64,000 nucleotides of DNA from an uncultured delta proteobacterium (GCA_963817385.1 CAWFOM010000005.1:384001-448000); one strand, 5' to 3'. Counted from the first letter of the stretch, positions 21,402-32,712 are shown. Program-made: numbers and translations. The notes: generated by a model from the letters alone, not told the origin.

Positions 21402-22178
21402 ATGACAATTGATTATCATTCAATTACGGAATCACCAGGTCTCAAAGCCAGTAAAGAGCAACTGGCTCGCTTATATCAACGCTACCATTTTGCCATTAAT
21501 TATGCGTTGGACAGGGATGTCTTGGAGGTAGCTTGCGGAACTGGTATTGGCCTGGGGTATTTGGCGTCTACGGCAAGACATGTTATTGGTGGAGATATTG
21601 ATGAGAAGAACATAACAACAGCAAATGATCTTTATCAGGGAAGTAGAAACATAAGCATATCATTTCTGGATGCGCATAATCTTTGTTATCCAGATCAAAG
21701 CTTTGATTTAGTTTTGCTTTATGAGGCGATATATTATTTACAGAAACCGCAAGAGTTTGTTGCGGAAGCATCGCATATATTGAGAAAAGATGGACATCTA
21801 ATCATCTGTACGGTCAATAAAGATTGGTCTGATTTCCATCCTTCACCATTTACTCATCAATATTTATCTGTACCTGAATTGTTTCATCTATTAGAAGATC
21901 AGTTTAGAAAGATTGATTTCTACGGTGCCTTTCCAACGGTATCCAACGGTTTGTTAGGGTTTGGCGTATCTTTATTAAAACGAACTGCCACACGCTTTCA
22001 TTTGATTCCGGGAAGCCTGTCGGCGCGTGCTTATCTGAAACGAATTTTTTTTGGACCACTGCAACCACTTCCGAAGCAAATTCATCAAGGCATTGCCCCC
22101 TATGAACCCCCAATAAAAATTCCTTTTGATAAGCCGACAGGAGACTATAAGATTATTTATGCTGTAGCAAGAAAGTAA
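21402..22178 (+). CDS. Class I SAM-dependent methyltransferase
   Basis: RYHFA, VLEVACGTGIG, GGDID, DAHNL..SFDLV. Confidence 0.9.
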   Translation: MTIDYHSITESPGLKASKEQLARLYQRYHFAINYALDRDVLEVACGTGIGLGYLASTARHVIGGDIDEKNITTANDLYQGSRNISISFLDAHNLCYPDQSFDLVLLYEAIYYLQKPQEFVAEASHILRKDGHLIICTVNKDWSDFHPSPFTHQYLSVPELFHLLEDQFRKIDFYGAFPTVSNGLLGFGVSLLKRTATRFHLIPGSLSARAYLKRIFFGPLQPLPKQIHQGIAPYEPPIKIPFDKPTGDYKIIYAVARK

Positions 22179-22227
22179 ATGTGAACATTTAGAAAGTATA
22201 AAGTAGCCAGATAACTCTTGAGTAAGA

Positions 22228-22818
22228 ATGAAAAGACTATTTGATTTCGTTTCCTCCCTTTTCGGTCTCTTGATATTATTACCCATTCTTGGTTTCATTT
22301 CATTCAAGATAATATCAGAAGATGGCGGGCCTGTCTTCTACCGGGGTGAACGGGTTGGGCTGCATGGCAAGCCCTTTCGCATTTTCAAGTTCCGAACGAT
22401 GGTTGTGGATGCGGAGAAACTGGGGGCTTCTTCCACGTCGGATGATGATGCGCGTATCACTCGGATTGGAAAGCTTCTGCGAAAGTATAAACTGGATGAA
22501 TTACCGCAGTTGATCAATGTGCTGGTCGGGGACATGAGCTTGGTAGGGCCACGGCCGGAGGTAAAGAAATTCACGGATTTGTATACGGAAGAAGAGAAGG
22601 TGATTCTGACGGTTCGACCGGGAATTACGGATTGGGCCTCCCTATGGAATTCGGATGAAGGGGCGCTCCTGAAGGGCAGCGTTGACCCGGACAAGGACTA
22701 CCTGGAAAAGATCCGGCCGGAGAAGATCCGGTTGCAGTTGAAATATGTGCGGGAACGGTCTTTCTGGACGGATATAAAAATCATTTTTCTAACCCTCAAG
22801 ACAATCATTTTCAAGTAA
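22228..22818 (+). CDS. Monotopic undecaprenyl-phosphate sugar phosphotransferase (PglC-like)
   Basis: MKRLFD, GPVFY..RVG..FKFRTM, RKYKLDELPQLINV, MSLVGPRPE, RPGITD. Confidence 0.95.
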   Translation: MKRLFDFVSSLFGLLILLPILGFISFKIISEDGGPVFYRGERVGLHGKPFRIFKFRTMVVDAEKLGASSTSDDDARITRIGKLLRKYKLDELPQLINVLVGDMSLVGPRPEVKKFTDLYTEEEKVILTVRPGITDWASLWNSDEGALLKGSVDPDKDYLEKIRPEKIRLQLKYVRERSFWTDIKIIFLTLKTIIFK

Positions 22819-22845
22819 TCGATTACACAAACTCCGGAGAAGGTA

Positions 22846-23825
22846 ATGGCTTATCCTGCTGATTTTTCAGAACATCTGTATCGGACTATGCTGCGGATTC
22901 GGCTTTGCGGAAGAGATGTCTCGTGGAACCCATTTTAAATGGTGATGTACGTACCCCCTGCCATCTGTACAGCGGGCAAGAGGCTATCGCGACGGGTCTT
23001 TGCGCCACTCTCATGAAAGACGATTATGTCTTTGGCTGCCATCGTTCACACGGCCATTACCTGGCAAAGGGGGGATCTCTTCAAGCGATGATGGCGGAGA
23101 TCTACTGTAAAGAAACAGGTTGCTCCCGTGGCCGGGGAGGGTCGATGCACCTGATCGATCCGGATGTCGGGATGATGGGATCGGCGCCGATTGTCGCAGG
23201 GACGATCTCTCTGGCGGTTGGGGCTGCCTTGGCCTCTTCCATTCGCAAGGACGGCAGGGTGGCTGTAAGTTTCTTCGGTGATGGGGCCACCGGAGAAGGC
23301 GTTCTTTATGAATCCATCAATTTTGCTGCTCTCAAGAAACTTCCTATCATATTTGCCTGTGAGAACAACCTCTATGCGACGCACATGCCCATACGGGAAT
23401 GTCGAGTCAATCAGCCGATTTACAAGATGGCGGAATCTTTCGGTATGGATTGTCATGTTGTGGACGGCAATGATGTGCTTGAGATCTTCGAGACAAGCAG
23501 AAAGGCTGTTGATGCCTGCCGGAATGGAAACGGACCCGTCTTTATGGAGTTTATGACGTATCGGTTCAGGGGGCATGTGGGTCCGGATGACAACATTCAA
23601 GGTGACCATACGGATATCCGGCCGAAAGAGGAGATAGAGGCATGGCTTCAAAAAGACCCGATTATAAGGTTTGAAAGATATCTCCTCGAACATCAACTCA
23701 TCGATGAGGATAGAATTATGGCCATTCGGGAGGATGTTGCATCTGAGATCAGCGAAGCTCTGAATTACGCAATAAAGAGCCCAAGCCCCCGGAGAGAGGA
23801 TCTGCTGAAATATGTCTTCGCATAG
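22846..23825 (+). CDS. TPP-dependent dehydrogenase E1 alpha-like subunit (indels near 22910)
   Basis: HLYSGQEA, HRSHGHYLAKG, GRGGSMH, TPP motif FFGDGA..ENN, TYRFRGH. Confidence 0.9.
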
Positions 23826-24796
23826 AAAGCTCCAGTACAGTTTGGCAATCAATGAAGCGCTTCATCAGATGATGGAGCTGGATCCATCTGTGTTTCTCAT
23901 CGGACAAGGGGTCAAGAGTCCCTGGTATGTGGGGAATACGGCCCAGGGTCTGTTGGAGCGGTTTGGGGAAGATCGGGTCATCGATACGCCGGTTTCCGAA
24001 AACGGAATTACGGGCGCGGCCGTGGGTGCAGCCATCGCAGGCATGAAAGCCGTTGTGGTGCATCCCCGGCTGGACTTCATGTTCTTTGCCATGGATCCCA
24101 TCATCAACCAGGCGGCCAACTGGCATTATATGAACGGCGGCAAGGCATCCGTACCAGTCGTCTTCTGGGGTATCATCAATCGGGGCGGTGAACAGGCGGC
24201 CCAGCACTCACAGGCTATCCATGGACTCTTTGCCAATATCCCCGGGCTCAAGGTGGTCATGCCCGCCACGGCTTATGATGCCAAAGGTCTGATGATTGCC
24301 GCCATTCAGGATCCGAATCCTGTGGTCTTTGTGGACGAGCGCTTGTTGTATCGGGTGGAAGACCCCGTTCCCGAAGAGATTTATACGGTGGAGATCGGAA
24401 AAGGATTCATCCGTAAAGAAGGGAAAGATGTTACGCTCATCGCGGTTTCATTGATGGTTCACGAGGCGATGAAGGCGGCTGAAGTACTTGCTGCTCGAGG
24501 GTGTGGATGTGGAGGTCATCGATTTGAGGACCGTCAAACCTCTGGATCGGGAATTGATTTTGAATTCCGTTCGGAAAACCGGAAGGCTAGTCGTTGCCGA
24601 TGTCGGGTGGAAATCCTTCGGTGTCTCTGCGGAGATCGCCGCGTTGGTGGTGGAAAATGCCTTTGATGCTTTGAAGGCGCCCGTTCTTCGGGTCGCCCTG
24701 CCGGATTGCCCGGCGCCGGCCAGCAGAAACCTGGAAGAGGCCTATTATCCGACGGCGGAGGATATCGTTCAGGCGGTTCGAAAAATAGCAAGATAG
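23812..24796 (+). CDS. TPP-dependent dehydrogenase E1 beta-like subunit (+1 frameshift near 24495)
   Basis: RVIDTPVSE, AAQHSQ, IPGLKVVMP, DPNPVVF, EVIDLRTVKPLD. Confidence 0.9.
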
Positions 24797-24812
24797 GGAG
24801 AAACACGGCATT

Positions 24813-25938
24813 ATGGCAAAAAAGGTGAGATTTGTTGAGCCGGCAAAAGTATATCGGATGATTAAGGATGAGTTGGATGCAGCCTATTTCGAGGTCATGT
24901 CCAAAGGCGATCTGATTGATCGCGGTCAGTTGAAAAGCTTCGAAGAGAATCTGGCGAAATTTGTGGGAACGAAGTATGCGGTGGGTCTCAACAGCGGCTA
25001 TGATGCGCTTCATATTTCTCTGCGGGCGGCGGGCATCGGCCCCGGTGATGAAGTCATCGTGCCGGCCCATACATTCGTGGCTACCTGTTCCGCGGTGGTG
25101 AATGTTGGCGCAAAACCGGTTCTCGTGGATGTGGGGAAGGATTTCAATATCGATTGCGACAAGATCGAGGAGGCCATTACACCCCAAACCAGAGGGATTA
25201 TTCCGGTTCATTTGAGCGGCTATATGGCGGATATGGTCCGGGTCATGGAAATCGCTGAAAAATATAGGCTGGTGGTGGTGGAGGATGCCTGCCAAAGCCT
25301 TGGGGCGAGTATGGCGGATGGCCGGACAGGCGAGAGGAAAATGGCCGGCGCCTGGGGGTTGACGGGCTGCTGGAGCTTCTATCCTTTCAAGATCCTGGGC
25401 GGCTACGGCGATGGCGGCGGCGATTACGACCAATGATCCGGATGTGGCCCTGTTTGCTACGCGGATGCGTTACAACGGCGAGGACCGGGAAACCGGGGAA
25501 TACCACGGCCACGGTTTTACCTGCCTTCTGGACAACATGCAGGCGGCCTTTCTGGATGTGAAGCTTCGCTATCTGCCGCAATGGATTGTGCGGCGCAAAG
25601 CCATCGCGGAGAAATACCGGGCCGCCCTTTCCGATCTTCCGGATCTTCTGTTGCCCCACTATGATGATCCCCGCCGGGATCATGTTTACCAGAATTACAC
25701 CATCCGTGCCAGGCAGGGGAATGATTTCTCCGAGTTCCTGAAGGCCAACGGGGTGGAGGTCCTCACGCAGTTCAGAAAGCCCTACTACAAGCATGAAGCC
25801 CTGAAACTGGAAGACAGGGGCTTCCCGGAAACGGAGGCCCTGAGCCGGGAGGTTTGCTCCCTGCCCATGAATGTGGAGATCGAAGACAGTGAAGTGGATT
25901 ACGTGATTGAGGTGGTGAGGAAGTTTTACGGGAAATGA
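24813..25938 (+). CDS. DegT/DnrJ/EryC1/StrS sugar aminotransferase (+1 frameshift near 25415)
   Basis: NSGYDAL, GPGDEVIVPAHTFVAT, IPVHLSG, EDACQSLGA, SFYPFKILGGYGDGG, SLPM. Confidence 0.92.
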
Positions 25939-25941
25939 AAT

Positions 25942-25976
25942 GAGATTGCCGCGGCGCGAAGGCGCCTCGCAATGAC
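25942..25976. repeat. Half copy of a REP-like element of the GTCATTGCGAG...CTCGCAATGAC type
   Basis: Intergenic GAGATTGCCGCGGCGCGAAGGCGCCTCGCAATGAC with an inner GGCGC/GCGCC hairpin. Confidence 0.65.
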
Positions 25977-25991
25977 TATGTGGGGAACTTT

Positions 25992-27152
25992 ATGGCTTTA
26001 GAGTTGAGTGCTCGTCATGAATGGGTCATGCAGTCGGAAATCCGGAATATGTCCATCGAATGCGATCGGGTTTGCGGAATCAACCTTTCCCAGGGGGTCT
26101 GCGATACGGAGGTGCCGCTGGTCGTCAGGGCCGGCGCCCGGCAGGCGATGGATGCGGGGATCAACACCTACACCCATTACGCCGGATTGATGGAGCTGCG
26201 CGAGGCGATTGCGGGAAAGCAGAAGCAATTTTACGGTATGGAGGTCGATCCGGAAAATGAGATCATCGTCAGCGGCGGGGCCACCGGTGCTTTTTATTGC
26301 GCCTGTCTGGCGCTGCTGAATCCGGGTGACGAGGTGATTCTGTTCGAGCCGTTCTACGGGTACCATATTCAAACGCTGGTGGCGACACAGGCCGTGCCCG
26401 TTTATGTCCGCATGAAGCTTCCCGGATGGACTTTTTCGCTTGAGGACCTTGAAAAGGTCGTAACCCCACGCACGCGGGGCATCATGATCAACACGCCGGC
26501 CAACCCTTCGGGAAAGGTATTTTCGAGGGACGAGCTCGAACTGCTCGCAGCGTTTGCGAAAAAACACGATCTGTTCGTGTTCACCGATGAGATCTACGAG
26601 CATTTTCTTTACGGCGAATGCCGGCATATTCCTCCGGCGACGCTTCCGGGTATGAAGGAAAGAACCATCACGATTTCGGGTTTGTCCAAGACATTCAGCA
26701 TTACGGGATGGCGTATCGGTTATTGCATCTGCGACGCCCGCTGGACGACGGCGATCGGATTCTTCAGCGATCTCGTCTATGTCTGTGCCCCGGCGCCCCT
26801 GCAATCCGGCGTTGCCAAGGGATTGCGGGAATTGGATCCTGAGTATTACAAAGGGCTTTCCAGGATATATCGGGAGAAGCGGGACAAGATCTGCGACGCC
26901 CTTTCACGGGCGAAACTTCGGCCGAACATTCCGGATGGGGCCTATTACGTCCTGGCCGATATCAGCGGGTTGCCGGGGAAAAACAGCAAAGAACGAGCCA
27001 TGTATCTGCTTCGGAAGACCGGCGTCGCCTGTGTGCCTGGAGAGGCCTTCTACCATGACGACAGCGGGGAAGATCTGGCCCGTTTCTGCTTTGCCAAGGA
27101 TGATCATGTTCTGGATGAGGCATGCCGGCGCATCGAACGACTTGGACGGTAA
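25992..27152 (+). CDS. PLP-dependent aminotransferase class I/II
   Basis: INLSQG, GATGAF, NTPANPSG, TDEIYEH, SKTFSITGWRIGY, RFCFAK. Confidence 0.92.
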   Translation: MALELSARHEWVMQSEIRNMSIECDRVCGINLSQGVCDTEVPLVVRAGARQAMDAGINTYTHYAGLMELREAIAGKQKQFYGMEVDPENEIIVSGGATGAFYCACLALLNPGDEVILFEPFYGYHIQTLVATQAVPVYVRMKLPGWTFSLEDLEKVVTPRTRGIMINTPANPSGKVFSRDELELLAAFAKKHDLFVFTDEIYEHFLYGECRHIPPATLPGMKERTITISGLSKTFSITGWRIGYCICDARWTTAIGFFSDLVYVCAPAPLQSGVAKGLRELDPEYYKGLSRIYREKRDKICDALSRAKLRPNIPDGAYYVLADISGLPGKNSKERAMYLLRKTGVACVPGEAFYHDDSGEDLARFCFAKDDHVLDEACRRIERLGR

Positions 27153-27161
27153 AGATAGAAA

Positions 27162-29015
27162 ATGATAAATCTCATTAGAAACAGGAATTTCTGGTTGATG
27201 CTCTTGCTTGACATCACCTTGGCGACGTGCGCCTACGGGTTGTCCTATCTGATTCGTTTCGAGGGGGAAATCCCTGCAGAAAATCTCCCTGCACTGAAGA
27301 ATACGATCTTTTGGGTCGTGGCGGTGAAGGTGATGTTCTTCTTTTATTTCAATCTCTACCGCGGGATGTGGCGATACACGAGCCTTGTGGATTTCATGAA
27401 CGTGATCAAGGCCGTGACTGCGTCTTCCATAAGCATTATTTTGATCATTGTCTTCTTTTACAGCTTCCAAGGATTCTCCCGGTCCGTTTTCATTCTCGAC
27501 TTCCTGCTGACGTTGGTCTTCATCGCCGGCATACGTCTGGGAATACGAATCTACCTCTCCCGGAAGCAAACGGCCTTTCTTCCAGTATTCGGGAAAAAGA
27601 ACAGGAAGGCCAAGCGGATGCTGCTGATCGGCGCGGGAAACACCGGGGAGCACATCCTACGGGAGCTGATGGACAACCCGGCGATCCATATGCTTCCCGT
27701 CGGGTTTCTCGACGACGATCGGGGAAAATTGAGCAAGGAGATCCACGGGGTCCCGGTGCTGGGCCGCATCGATCAGATCGAGGAGATCAACGTCGATTAC
27801 GACGAGATCCTGATCTGCGCCCCATCGGCAACCGGCGCCCAGATGCGGAGGATCGTGGAGATCTGCGAACGGTCCGGGAAGCCCTTCAAGACAATGCCGC
27901 CTTTGGGGGAGCTTATCGACGGCCGAGTCTCCCTGAAACTGATCCGCGAGGTGTCGATGACGGACATCATCGGCCGGGAGGAGGTGCGGCTCGACGAGGA
28001 GGAGATCAAGAAATACCTCCTGGGTAAGCGGGTCCTGATCACCGGGGCCGGGGGGTCGATCGGCTCGGAACTCGTCAGGCAGATCAGCCGGTTCAAGCCC
28101 CAGGCGGTGGCGCTGCTCGATTTCAGCGAATACAACCTCTACCAGGTGGAGATGGAGTGCCGGGGGAGATTCAAGGCGATCGGGGTGGAGGCATGCCTGG
28201 CGGACCTCGGCGATCTGCACCCCACCCGCCGGGTATTCGAACATTTCCGGCCCAACGTCGTTTTTCACGCCGCCGCGTACAAGCATGTGCCGATGCAGGA
28301 GCTCAATCCCTGGGAGGCCGTGAACAACAATGTGCTGGCGATGAAAAACGTGATCACCTGTTCGATCGACGCCGGGGTCGATAAATTCGTTCTGGTCTCC
28401 TCGGACAAGGCTGTGCGGCCAACCAACGTCATGGGGGCGACCAAGCGCATCTGCGAACTGATGGCCTCCTGCGGCAACGGGAATTCGAAGACCCGCTTCA
28501 TCTCCGTCCGATTCGGGAACGTCGTCGGCAGTTCCGGATCGGTGATCCCCCTCTTCCAGCAGCAGATCGCCCAGGGGGGCCCGGTGACCGTGACCCATCC
28601 GGAGATCACCCGCTACTTCATGAGCATCCCCGAGGCGGCCCAGTTGATCCTGCAGGCCGGGGCGATGGGAGAGGGGCGCGAGATCTTCATCCTCAAGATG
28701 GGGGAGCCGGTCCGGATCCTGGATCTGGCCAGGGACGTGATCCGATTCAACGGCTTCGAGCCGGAGAAGGACATCGAGATCGTCTTCACGGGCCTGAGGC
28801 CCGGCGAGAAACTCTACGAGGAGCTGATCACCGAGGGCGAAGGGATCGTCCCGACGCGCCACGAGAAGATCATGGTCCTGACCCCCGACCAATGCAGCAG
28901 CCACGATCGGCTGGGCGACCAGATAGACGAGCTGATCCGCATCGCCGACACCTTCGACATCCCCGCCATCAAAGCCAAACTCCAAGAGATCGTCCCCGAA
29001 TACACCCCCCAATAA
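27162..29015 (+). CDS. capD: Membrane-anchored UDP-GlcNAc 4,6-dehydratase (CapD/PglF/WbpM)
   Basis: Four TMs, IGAG, ITGAGGSIGSELVRQ, HAAAYKHVP, SSDKAVRPTNVMGATKR, RFGNV, GLRPGEKLYEEL. Confidence 0.95.
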   Translation: MINLIRNRNFWLMLLLDITLATCAYGLSYLIRFEGEIPAENLPALKNTIFWVVAVKVMFFFYFNLYRGMWRYTSLVDFMNVIKAVTASSISIILIIVFFYSFQGFSRSVFILDFLLTLVFIAGIRLGIRIYLSRKQTAFLPVFGKKNRKAKRMLLIGAGNTGEHILRELMDNPAIHMLPVGFLDDDRGKLSKEIHGVPVLGRIDQIEEINVDYDEILICAPSATGAQMRRIVEICERSGKPFKTMPPLGELIDGRVSLKLIREVSMTDIIGREEVRLDEEEIKKYLLGKRVLITGAGGSIGSELVRQISRFKPQAVALLDFSEYNLYQVEMECRGRFKAIGVEACLADLGDLHPTRRVFEHFRPNVVFHAAAYKHVPMQELNPWEAVNNNVLAMKNVITCSIDAGVDKFVLVSSDKAVRPTNVMGATKRICELMASCGNGNSKTRFISVRFGNVVGSSGSVIPLFQQQIAQGGPVTVTHPEITRYFMSIPEAAQLILQAGAMGEGREIFILKMGEPVRILDLARDVIRFNGFEPEKDIEIVFTGLRPGEKLYEELITEGEGIVPTRHEKIMVLTPDQCSSHDRLGDQIDELIRIADTFDIPAIKAKLQEIVPEYTPQ

Positions 29016-29214
29016 ATAGGGACTTACCTTCCTGAAGGAAGCTGGCAAAAGAGTCGGACGGGCTTTGATTGAGGATTACAAAGAATATCGGTTACAGGTG
29101 ACCCTGCCGGAAAAGAAGTGATCCGGGACGATCATCTTAATTTTCTTTACTTTCGCAACCAAATTGATTATTAGCGCATACTTCAAAATGTTGAAACCAA
29201 CAATAGAGGTTATT

Positions 29215-30321
29215 ATGGAACAAAACGCACAAGAACAAGAAGAAGTGGATTTGATCGAATACCTGAATGTTCTCTGGAAACGACGATGGCTCATCATCGT
29301 TCCCACGGTTCTCCTGGCCCTGATCACCGGCGTTGTCAGCTTCCTTCTGCCTCCCGTTTGGGAAGTCGACGCCGTCATCCAGCCGAGCAAGTTTATTGTC
29401 CAGTCTGATGCAGGGACTTTTACGGAAATCATCGTGGTCGATCCCAAGCAGCTTGCGGGCCAGATCAACCAGCGATCCTATGAACGCCAGATCAACGCAC
29501 AACTGAATCTGGACCCAAGGAAGTTCCCCACGTTAAAGGCTGAAAACCCGAAAGACACAAAGCTGGTGCGGGTGAGCATTCAAACCGGAGAAGCGGAGAA
29601 AGCCAAGGCGATTCTCAATGCGCTTTTCCAGCACATCAAGAGCGACATGGACCGGAAAATCGATGTCGAAATGAAAAGCATCTTCACGCAGATCGTGGCC
29701 AAAGAAAACAACATCAAAACCAAGAACCTCGATATCCAATCAACGGACATCGACATTGAAAAAACTCGTCAGGCGATCGTCTCCGCAGGCAAAAAGCTTA
29801 CCATCTCCGAAGATCGCTCCCGCAGCCTTATCGATGAGATGAAAGGCGTCAAAACCCGAGTCGACCAAATCGAAAAACAACAGAAGACGTTGCTGGCCGA
29901 GAAAAAGGAGGGAGACGACACGCTGGGGCTTCTCTTGTACTCCACCGAGATTCAGCAAAACTACCGATATTATAACACCCTGGAAGACAACCTGAGCAGG
30001 GAAAGAATCGACCAAGAAGACTTAAGGCTTTTCATTCGCGACCAAGAGCAGGAAATCAAGGGCCTCAAGAATCGGATCGAGATGATCAGACAAGAAATCT
30101 CCGGAATCCGTAACGACATTGAGTTGTTAGTGGAAAAGAAGCAACGCATTGACTACACGCAACTGGTGAAAGAACCAACGGTGTCGCTGTATCCGATTTC
30201 TCCCAAGAAGAAGCTGAATGTTGCCATTGCCGGATTCCTGGGGCTCTTTTGTTTCTCGATCCTGGCGCTTTTCCTGGACTCTGTTGAAAAGAGAAATATC
30301 AGGTTAAAAACGGACGCTTGA
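29215..30321 (+). CDS. wzz: Wzz-like chain-length regulator (polysaccharide co-polymerase)
   Basis: EEVDLIEYLNVLWKRRWLI, two TMs, long coiled coil, P..PISPKKKLNVAIAGFLG. Confidence 0.85.
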   Translation: MEQNAQEQEEVDLIEYLNVLWKRRWLIIVPTVLLALITGVVSFLLPPVWEVDAVIQPSKFIVQSDAGTFTEIIVVDPKQLAGQINQRSYERQINAQLNLDPRKFPTLKAENPKDTKLVRVSIQTGEAEKAKAILNALFQHIKSDMDRKIDVEMKSIFTQIVAKENNIKTKNLDIQSTDIDIEKTRQAIVSAGKKLTISEDRSRSLIDEMKGVKTRVDQIEKQQKTLLAEKKEGDDTLGLLLYSTEIQQNYRYYNTLEDNLSRERIDQEDLRLFIRDQEQEIKGLKNRIEMIRQEISGIRNDIELLVEKKQRIDYTQLVKEPTVSLYPISPKKKLNVAIAGFLGLFCFSILALFLDSVEKRNIRLKTDA

Positions 30322-30456
30322 TCGTGTTCCCCGCAAAACACTTCTAAGTAAGTCGCCTACAACTATTTGAATTTTAAATACAGGCATTTCAGTTTGGAGA
30401 AGGTTCTCCATACCTCCAGCATAGCGGATAAAAGGATTTTTAGTTAGGAAGCTTGT

Positions 30457-32687
30457 ATGGTTGAGTTTAGTTTAGATAAAGTTATAAAGAGCCCTTATAG
30501 TCTAATTGTATTTGCACTGGTAACCCTTTTCATGCTCTATGCTCCAAGGTATGATAATATATATCAAACAGTTGCATGGATTATTGTTATTGTTTCCGCC
30601 TTCCTTTGCCTTTATAAGGTGGGATTAACCAATAACCGTTTCTATTTGTTAATGCTTTTTTTTCTGTCATTCCTGATACTACTTTCATCTTCGTTTCACT
30701 ACTTAGCTTTATCTCAATTTGATTCAGCTTTTTTTATTAATGTTAATAAGGACATGGCTTCATGGGGTAAAAACACAGTTGTCAGCGGTGCATCAATTTA
30801 TCTCCTTCTTAATGGCAGTATAATTGCTGGTATGCTCTACTTAAGTAATATTGATAAGACATTGAAGGCAATGCTTATTATTCCATTTCTTTTTATCCCA
30901 TCTCTTCTTGTAGGATTATACCAGGGGTTATTTGATGTGGGCTTTATGAACAGACAACAGATATCTGGTAGCTCTCCAACATATATAATGGGGCTTAGCT
31001 ATGATCAGAGTTCATTTGGAATACTTTTATATCTTCTTTTCCCCTTATGTGTTCTTGGAATTATTAGTGTAAAAAAGGTGGCTATAAAGATTGCATATAT
31101 GCTGTTAATGCTATTACTCCTTGTCTGCCTTTTTATGAGAGGACAGAAAACAACCTTGGTCGGGATAATCATCTTTACAGGTCTGCTTCCCCTTGTAATG
31201 CTCTGGGTTCATGATTGGCGGTTAAAGTGGGTACATGTTAAGAAGTTGATTATAACTCTGGTGGTTTGTGCTCTGGTTTTAGCGGGGCTTATATTTTATT
31301 ACCAGAAAACCCCTAGTAAAATGTCCTTCCTTCTGACATCAGACAAGTGAGGTCCTATGGTTACTGGAAAGAGGGGGATGGATAAGCCGTCTTATCGCAG
31401 GCAGGAATATAATTTGGGAATATTGCATGGATTTTAACCGAGAAAGCCCCTGTGGCAGGATGGGGACCAGGAGGTTATTCCCGCAATTTCTACAACACTT
31501 TTTTCGAAATAAAGGAGCCGCCTCTAGACTTCCACAATGCAGCCAACTATTACCTTCAGGTTACATCTGAGCTTGGAGTAACGGGAGGTGTGCTGACCCT
31601 TTTATTGTATATTCTGCCTGTTGTGATGGTAGCAGGTGCGAGCGAGAAACTTTCTGTAAAACAGCGCTGGACTGCCGGAATTTTATCTTTATCGACCCTT
31701 GTTTTTTTACTCCTCTATCTGACAGGACCCCATATTTTTTCACCTGATGTTTTATGGGTTGTTGCTTTGTATCTGGCAGGTCTTCTCTCCGTTAGAGGTG
31801 AAATTAAAAGTACTAAGCGGAGCTTTAGATTATTTTATCCCATTGCTTTATTTGTCATCCTTTCTGTAACTGTTTTTTTCTGCATAGAAACCTATAAGAC
31901 AAGCTTTGGCTCAAAAGGCTATAAGGCTTTGGTTCAATCAGAGAAGTGGCCGCTTAAAAATGAATATGGTTACTATAATGAAGAAAACTGGAATGGGGCA
32001 ATAATGAGATGGACTGGGAAGGAGTCTTCCATATCTTTAAAAGCTATTGGGGATATTGTGGAGTTCAGTGTGGTTGCATTTCAAGGAAACTCTTCAGGAC
32101 CTAAAGGTCTGAGCCTGGATGTGAGCATAAACGATCTGTTTACGGATACCCTTCACTTTTTCAATGGAGGGAAGAGAAAGCTCTCCTACTATATTCCTGG
32201 TATTAAAGGTACAGATGTTGTTATAAAAACAAAGGTTAGTGAGACATTTAACCCAAAAAAACTTCAAATAAATAATGATGCCCGCGACCTTGGGATTGCA
32301 AGAGGTGTTATAAAATTTAATAGCGAGATTCCAAAGGGAGGCATTGGATTTTATAGATGGGAAGAATGGGGTGGGGATAAGCCTTTTAAGGTTCGCTTGA
32401 CAGGAGGGAGGGCTTCTGTTCCTCTTGAAGATATTGATTTTAAAAAGATTCAGATTTTATGTTCTCATCCGGACATTGAGCAGAATCCTGTTGTTGTTAC
32501 GGTATTTGTTGATGATAAACCTGTATGGCAAAAAGAAGTAAGGGATAAGATGTGGAAGAAAATTGAGCTTAATCCGGATAGCCCTATTAATGGGAAAGTT
32601 GTAACTTTTCAGGTAAGCAGAACATGGAACCCAAAGAGTATAAGTATATCAGGAGATCGAAGGGATTTGGGGGTAGCGGTTAAATAA
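30457..32687 (+). CDS. O-antigen ligase/O-oligosaccharyltransferase-like membrane protein with two C-terminal soluble repeats (indels at about 31340-31450)
   Basis: Polytopic N-half; GR..IW..P.AGWGPGGY; NAANYYLQVTSELG (Wzy_C-like). Two domains of form G(Y/F)Y..E.W..RxTG..VS.T(F/W)NP..DxRDLG. Confidence 0.7.
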
Positions 32688-32712
32688 GAAATGAGGCGAG
32701 GCGATCATCTCC

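Noticed and set aside
22846..24796. Housekeeping pyruvate dehydrogenase (pdhA/pdhB)
   Set aside because: No E2/E3 and embedded in a sugar operon, so gene symbols were withheld.
27657..29048. 463-aa minus-strand ORF and similar antisense ORFs (e.g. 19807-20616, 24534-25433, 25998-26804, 33390-34262)
   Set aside because: Shadow frames of GC-rich, well-supported plus-strand genes; no recognisable motifs.
29016..29121. Short open stretch LTFLKEAGKRVGRALIEDYKEYRLQVTLPEKK after capD
   Set aside because: Could be a gene remnant, but it has no start codon and no family I can recognise.
7819..31350. Other TGA breaks (7819, 18669, 31348) as selenocysteine
   Set aside because: Downstream homology continues in a different frame, with no Cys-type context or SECIS.
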